Source: Leptospiraceae bacterium (GTDB lineage Bacteria > Spirochaetota > Leptospiria > Leptospirales > Leptonemataceae). Taken from it: DNA of 64,000 nt. Shown here piece after piece: positions 59,108 through 64,000 of the stretch. The DNA lies in assembly GCA_040217195.1 (NCBI GenBank), contig JAVJNR010000008.1, positions 384,001 through 448,000 of the forward strand, in the 5' to 3' direction. Every line of letters begins with the position of its first letter. The stretch's first letter is position 1. The notes under the pieces are model-generated. The model was not told the origin of the DNA and did no database searches. It saw nothing but the letters and a program-made list of their open reading frames with translations. The translations under genes were made by a program, and so were the position numbers.

Positions 59108-60967
59108 TCAAACACTCAGGTCGATGCGGCCGGCACCGCTTCCCACCAGAAGACCTTCACTGACATCTGCGATGGATCGTTCTTCCAGCGTAGGTCCGGT
59201 GCTATCGTACTTCTCGGTATTTTCAGGATTTTCTGAAGGCGAGTTTCCCTCTCTTTCCTTGCTATTTCCGTTCTGCAGATCCTGCTGATCAAACTGCATG
59301 GACTGTCGGTTCTCCTGCTGTAGTTGACTCTGCAGAGATTCCCGGGTTTTAATATTTAGCGTATCCAGTTGGATGCCATGCTTTGCAAGTTCCTGACGCA
59401 GATTGTCTATGTCTTCCTGGATCATCTTGAATGCTTGCTGGTTTTCTACCAGGACGCGGCCGCTGATTACATTGTCCTTCATCACAAGATCCAGATGCAT
59501 TCTACCCAGATGCTCCGGATTCATGCGAATCTGTGCAGTGGAGCGACCATCGGATCCCAGGCGTACTCTGGCCTGTTCTACCATTTTTTCGAATTGCTTG
59601 CGATCGTATGGTAGTGCTTCTTTATTCTCAGCGGTGGCTTTGCTGCGAGCATCCGCTGCAGCCACAGAATCCATTCTGAAGTTCAGGGTTTGTCCATCGG
59701 ATCTGGATTGATTCTGACTCTGTCCGTCTCCGCCCTTTCCGCTGGTAGATGCTTTTTCATCGGTGCGAACTCGCATCTCGGATGAAAGGCCCGGACCTTC
59801 CACGTTCCATTTGCTTTCAGGAACCTGGCGACCTCCCACAACATTGCCGCTTACAACTTCTGTGTTAGTGCGAAAGGCACTCTGGGCCAGATCCTTAAGG
59901 TTTTTTAGATCCTTTCGGTCCAGTTCCTCTACAATCCGCTGGATGAAGGTATTCAGATCCTTTCCTTCTCGCATTGCTTTCAGCGCTTTGTCGAATTCCG
60001 GATGAGCCTGGATTTTATCTTTGATTTCTTTTAGTTCGTTGCGATCCAGAGACGTTAATCGATCCCACAGGCCCTCTTTGCCTTTGCTGGAAACAGTCTC
60101 TTCAGATTTCTCTCCAGACTTTTCGTTCTGGATCAGTGCCTGCTTAAGGATTGCTTCTGTAAGAGCCCCTTTTTCTGATTCACTGGAGACCTGAAATTTC
60201 TGTCCCTGTTGTCCGCTTATTCCGGCGATGGAGCCAGCATCCGAAGCTCTGGTATGGGAACCGGTTTCTTTCGTAGTTTCCGAATCCTTCCTGGAACTGC
60301 TTAGCTTTCCTTCAGTTTCTTTTTCTGTACTCGAGCGCTCTGCCTGTTTTTCTTTCTTTGCGGCCAGGCTGGCTTCCTTTTCGGCAGCCTGTTTTTCCTG
60401 TCGTTCAGCCTCAATCCTTGCTTCTTTGCGGTCCTGTTGCTCTTGAATACGATCGCGGCCTTTTAGATCTGCCTCTTTTTGACGAGCGTCCAGTTCTGCT
60501 TTCTGCTGCTTTTGCTTTTCCAGGTCCCGCAACTCGGCGGCCTTTTCCCGGGAGGCATTCAGTTGCTCTTGCTGGTTGGAGCGATAGTCCGAATCTAAAT
60601 CGGAGTTTTGGTTAATTGCATTCTGCTCTTTTGCCGGAGCTGAGTTGTCCTCCATTCCCGCTGCATAAAAATAGCTCTGGGAATCCCGCACCTTTTCTGT
60701 CTGAGGGGGAATGCTGAATTCATACTGAGCTGCCGGGCTTAGAGGTTCTTGGGCAACGGGAGCCAGGTCTATGGGACTCTGAGTCGCAATGGGTCGGAAC
60801 TCCCCGGGAAAATTTCGTGCACCTGGAGTTCCCCGGCTTTCAGAATCGGAAGCGCCCAGTAGATGAATGAAGCTAAGACCCTGGGGGGCTTCCGAGTTGC
60901 CCCGGTTCGCAAGAGTTGCTTCCGGTGACTTATGACCGGATACAATTGGAAGCATTGCACTTTGCAT
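59108..60967 (-). CDS. fliK: Flagellar hook-length control protein
   Basis: Low-complexity charged N-region and C-terminal AQIRMNPEHLGRMHLDL..LRQELAKHGI T3S4 domain. Upstream of flgD. Confidence 0.88.
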   Translation of the reverse strand: MQSAMLPIVSGHKSPEATLANRGNSEAPQGLSFIHLLGASDSESRGTPGARNFPGEFRPIATQSPIDLAPVAQEPLSPAAQYEFSIPPQTEKVRDSQSYFYAAGMEDNSAPAKEQNAINQNSDLDSDYRSNQQEQLNASREKAAELRDLEKQKQQKAELDARQKEADLKGRDRIQEQQDRKEARIEAERQEKQAAEKEASLAAKKEKQAERSSTEKETEGKLSSSRKDSETTKETGSHTRASDAGSIAGISGQQGQKFQVSSESEKGALTEAILKQALIQNEKSGEKSEETVSSKGKEGLWDRLTSLDRNELKEIKDKIQAHPEFDKALKAMREGKDLNTFIQRIVEELDRKDLKNLKDLAQSAFRTNTEVVSGNVVGGRQVPESKWNVEGPGLSSEMRVRTDEKASTSGKGGDGQSQNQSRSDGQTLNFRMDSVAAADARSKATAENKEALPYDRKQFEKMVEQARVRLGSDGRSTAQIRMNPEHLGRMHLDLVMKDNVISGRVLVENQQAFKMIQEDIDNLRQELAKHGIQLDTLNIKTRESLQSQLQQENRQSMQFDQQDLQNGNSKEREGNSPSENPENTEKYDSTGPTLEERSIADVSEGLLVGSGAGRIDLSV

Positions 60968-61203
60968 CGTACACTGATTCGTAAAAATCGCAGGCTTCCA
61001 TAAGCGAATTTGCTCCAGTATGAAGGTTTACAGCCGCCAATACTGCATTTTTTTTCAGAAGACATTCAAGACGACATAATAGCCAGAATCAAAGTGACAT
61101 AAGGATTCTAATCCGGCATCCAGAGCTGATCGGGGCTGGATGCCTGGAGATCATAGAATACCCCACACTTGACAGGGAAAGAACGGCCGGCGCCCCTGGA
61201 TCA

Positions 61204-61695
61204 ATGCATGAAGCAAAGACCAGACAGGAACGAGTGGAGCAGACACTGGAAAATGGAACCTTTGACTTCAAGTGTACCGCCTGCGGGAACTGCTGCAAAG
61301 GACCGGGGGATGTTTATTTTACCGAAGAAGATTTGCAGGCTATTAAAGACTACTTACAACTTTCCGCTTTCGCATTCTCCCGATTAAAGCGGAAGTTGAT
61401 TCAGGAAAAGATTCCTGGATACTATGTGCATCGTTCTGGAGATGCCTGCATTCTGCTGGAGAACAATCAATGCTCCATCTATCCTGTACGTCCCATGCAA
61501 TGCAGCACCTTTCCATTCTGGCCTTCCAATTTCCAGAGCAAAGCCAATTTCCGGCAGCTCAAGAAGGAATGCCCCGGAACCATGTCCGGACAGGGAAAAC
61601 CTTTGAGTGCAGAAACGGTAACTCGCAGGGTACGAAAAACCGAGAAAGAATTCCTGGAACCCCAGCAAAATACAGATCGCCCGATTATGCTTTGA
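61204..61695 (+). CDS. YkgJ family cysteine-cluster (CxxCxxCC) protein
   Basis: FKCTACGNCC, CILL..CSIYPVRPMQCSTFPFW and CPG. Confidence 0.9.
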   Translation: MHEAKTRQERVEQTLENGTFDFKCTACGNCCKGPGDVYFTEEDLQAIKDYLQLSAFAFSRLKRKLIQEKIPGYYVHRSGDACILLENNQCSIYPVRPMQCSTFPFWPSNFQSKANFRQLKKECPGTMSGQGKPLSAETVTRRVRKTEKEFLEPQQNTDRPIML

Positions 61696-61809
61696 TTGGA
61701 GCCCGGGTCCTTAAAATCCCAGAGCATCAAATATAATCGCTGAACTTCAATCTGACGGCCAGGGGAATCAAAAGAATTGATCCCAGATGCCTGAGCCCTG
61801 CAATGGCGT

Positions 61810-62691
61810 ATGCAGCCCACATACCGGGGAAAAGTAAGAGATCTTTATGACCTGGACGATCAGATTCTACTGGTTTCCAGCGATCGGCTTTCCGCTTTCG
61901 ATGTAGTTTTTCCGGATTCCATTCCCGGCAAAGGTAAAATCCTGAACCAGGTATCCACAAAATGGTTTCGATGGCTCCGCCAAACCGGGCTGCAACAGAA
62001 GCTGAATTTCAAAGATCACTGGATCTCATCCAATCCATCCGATTTTCCAGAGCCTTTCTGCGACGATACGAAACTGGAAGGCCGTAGCTGCCTGGTGCTT
62101 AAAACTCAAAGAGTGGACTTTGAATGTGTGGTCCGCGGATACATTGCAGGTTCAGGATGGAAGGACTATCAAAAGAATGGCTCTATTTGCGGCATTGAAT
62201 TACCCCCTGGATTGCGGCTGGGAGATCAGCTTCCAGAGCCAATATTCACACCAGCCACCAAGGCGGCTGTGGGCGATCACGATGAAAACATTGGATTTGA
62301 AGTCATGGAAAAGTCCCTGGGAGAGCTGGCCCACCGACTGAAAGACATTTCCATAGCAATATTCAAAGAGGCTTCCGCTCTGATGGCAGACCAGGGAATT
62401 CTTCTATGTGATACTAAGTTTGAATTTGGTCTCTTGAGTGATGAAATCTATATAATCGATGAAATGCTCACTCCAGATTCCAGCCGTTACTGGGAGGCCT
62501 CTCAGTATGAACCTGGTAAAAACCAGGCCGGATTCGATAAGCAGTACATTCGGGATTATGTGGAGCAGCTTGGCTGGAATAAGACTCCGCCGGCTCCGAA
62601 ATTACCCGACAACGTGATTCAAAGAACTGTGGAACTCTATGAGGAGATAAGAAAAAGGATTGATGCAGCTCTGGAGGCAGGACAAGAGTAG
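61810..62691 (+). CDS. purC: SAICAR synthetase
   Basis: GKVRDLY, SDRLSAFD, ECVVRGY, FTPATK, DTKFEFG, DEMLTPDSSR and DKQYIRD. Confidence 0.97.
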   Translation: MQPTYRGKVRDLYDLDDQILLVSSDRLSAFDVVFPDSIPGKGKILNQVSTKWFRWLRQTGLQQKLNFKDHWISSNPSDFPEPFCDDTKLEGRSCLVLKTQRVDFECVVRGYIAGSGWKDYQKNGSICGIELPPGLRLGDQLPEPIFTPATKAAVGDHDENIGFEVMEKSLGELAHRLKDISIAIFKEASALMADQGILLCDTKFEFGLLSDEIYIIDEMLTPDSSRYWEASQYEPGKNQAGFDKQYIRDYVEQLGWNKTPPAPKLPDNVIQRTVELYEEIRKRIDAALEAGQE

Positions 62692-62699
62692 CCTGTTGC

Positions 62700-64000
62700 A
62701 TGCTCTTTAATACAGCTATATTTCTAATTTTCTTTGTATTTATTTATCTTGTTTACTGGAGCGTTCGCGGGCAGGCCAGGCTCTATGTAGTTGTACTTTC
62801 CTCCATTTTTTTCTACGCGTTCTGGTCGCCTCCCTTTGCAATCCACTTTCTATCTATAGTACTTCTGAACTTCCTGTTCATCCTGCGAATTAGAAATTCG
62901 CAGGCCAAAAAGGGATGGCTCATTGCGCTGGTTCTGCTTGATGCGACCAACCTATTTTTCTTTAAGTACTTCTACTTCTTTTTGCGGATCCTGCTGGATG
63001 TAACCGGATTAAATCTATTTGAACGACAGGAATTCAATCAGCTTCTGATAGATGAATTCTCAGTAAAAGGCATTGTACTTCCTCTTGCTATTAGCTTTTA
63101 CACATTTCAGTTAATCGCCTATGCAGTGGACACTTACCGGGGAGAAATCGAAAAAAGGCACAGCCTGATCCAATATTTAACATTCATATTGTTTTTTCCA
63201 CAACTGGTGGCAGGACCTATCGTCCGCCACAGCGAATTCTTCTATCAAATTGAGGATCCTCATTCCATAAAACCGGACCATCAAAAATTGATATCCGGAA
63301 TCTATCTTCTTATCCAGGGAGTGGTAAAAAAGATTCTGATCGCAGATAATCTGGTGCCGCACACTACATTGATTTTTGGGCAACCGGAACGATTTGACTG
63401 GTTTACACTTGTGGCCGGTTGCTTCGCATTCGGAGCACAGCTGTACTGCGATTTCTCCGGGTATACCGATCTTGCTCGTGGTCAGGGCAAGCTACTTGGC
63501 ATTGAACTACCGGAAAATTTCTTTGCTCCCTATTTCAGCCGCTCGGTTCGGGCTCTGTGGAATAACTGGCATCGAACTCTTACCTCCTGGCTTAGAGACT
63601 ATGTTTACATAGCCATGGGCGGCCAGTCCGTATCCTTTATTCGAACTCAGTTCAATGTAATTCTTACCTGGGCCATGGTAGGGCTATGGCATGGGGCCTC
63701 TTACAATTATCTACTTCTGGGCGTCTATCACGGTTGCTTTATCGCGATGGAAATTCAATACAGAAGGCTTCAAAAACAGGAAATACTTCCGGTTCTATCC
63801 CAGAGATTTCCCTGGCTGCAAAAACTTCAGGCCTTCACAGGACCTATTTATACACTAACAATTCTTGGCGCTGGATTCGTATTGTTTATCACGCCGGACA
63901 TGGAAACAGCAGCCACGATGTATGATCGTATGTTTACCGGTGCCACAGGCGAGCGATCCGTCTACACTGGCTGGTTCTTCAGTGCATTTCTGGCTGCCAT
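62700..64000 (+). CDS. MBOAT family O-acyltransferase (AlgI/PatA/DltB-like), 3'-truncated
   Basis: Not in the ORF track because it runs off the window. Manual translation gives MLFNTAIFL, LPLAISFYTFQ, FFPQLVAGPI, DFSGYTD, WHRTLTSWLRDYVY and GLWHGA. Confidence 0.92.
   Translation, partial: MLFNTAIFLIFFVFIYLVYWSVRGQARLYVVVLSSIFFYAFWSPPFAIHFLSIVLLNFLFILRIRNSQAKKGWLIALVLLDATNLFFFKYFYFFLRILLDVTGLNLFERQEFNQLLIDEFSVKGIVLPLAISFYTFQLIAYAVDTYRGEIEKRHSLIQYLTFILFFPQLVAGPIVRHSEFFYQIEDPHSIKPDHQKLISGIYLLIQGVVKKILIADNLVPHTTLIFGQPERFDWFTLVAGCFAFGAQLYCDFSGYTDLARGQGKLLGIELPENFFAPYFSRSVRALWNNWHRTLTSWLRDYVYIAMGGQSVSFIRTQFNVILTWAMVGLWHGASYNYLLLGVYHGCFIAMEIQYRRLQKQEILPVLSQRFPWLQKLQAFTGPIYTLTILGAGFVLFITPDMETAATMYDRMFTGATGERSVYTGWFFSAFLAA

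Noticed and set aside
1..64000. Mobile elements, prophage, defence systems, rRNA/tRNA/tmRNA
   Set aside because: No transposase, integrase, phage or defence motifs and no recognisable structural RNA by eye. A covariance-model scan was not possible.

Overview
Chromosomal core-genome window from a Leptospiraceae-type spirochaete (Leptospira/Leptonema relative), inferred from its Leptospira-type T2SS gene set, an FcpA-related flagellar protein and an OmpL37-like protein. The type II secretion system is split. A lipoprotein, a LysM/M23 peptidase and gspC-J lie on + (3.5-13.9 kb), while gspK-N lie about 41 kb away on -, directly behind fliK-flgD-flgE and upstream of smpB-der-mtnA. The rest includes yraN/comM, lysA, an alpha-2-macroglobulin/pbpC pair, uvrD, a NamZ/DUF1343 protein, lepA, a hybrid histidine kinase with a degenerate CheB-like input domain, YceI, STAS, DUF1304 with a Cys-rich ECF sigma factor, a parS-like palindrome, an SRPBCC-ArsR unit with two operators, sucCD, a CCA-adding enzyme, YkgJ, purC and a 3'-truncated MBOAT gene missing from the ORF track. 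I saw no rRNA, tRNA, CRISPR array, IS element, integrase or phage gene. No clearly novel multi-gene system is demonstrable. The best leads are the apparent inversion splitting the T2SS, the sigma28-preceded FcpA paralogue, the pseudo-CheB kinase and the ECF/DUF1304 unit. Family calls come from motif recognition and recalled sequences, not database searches.
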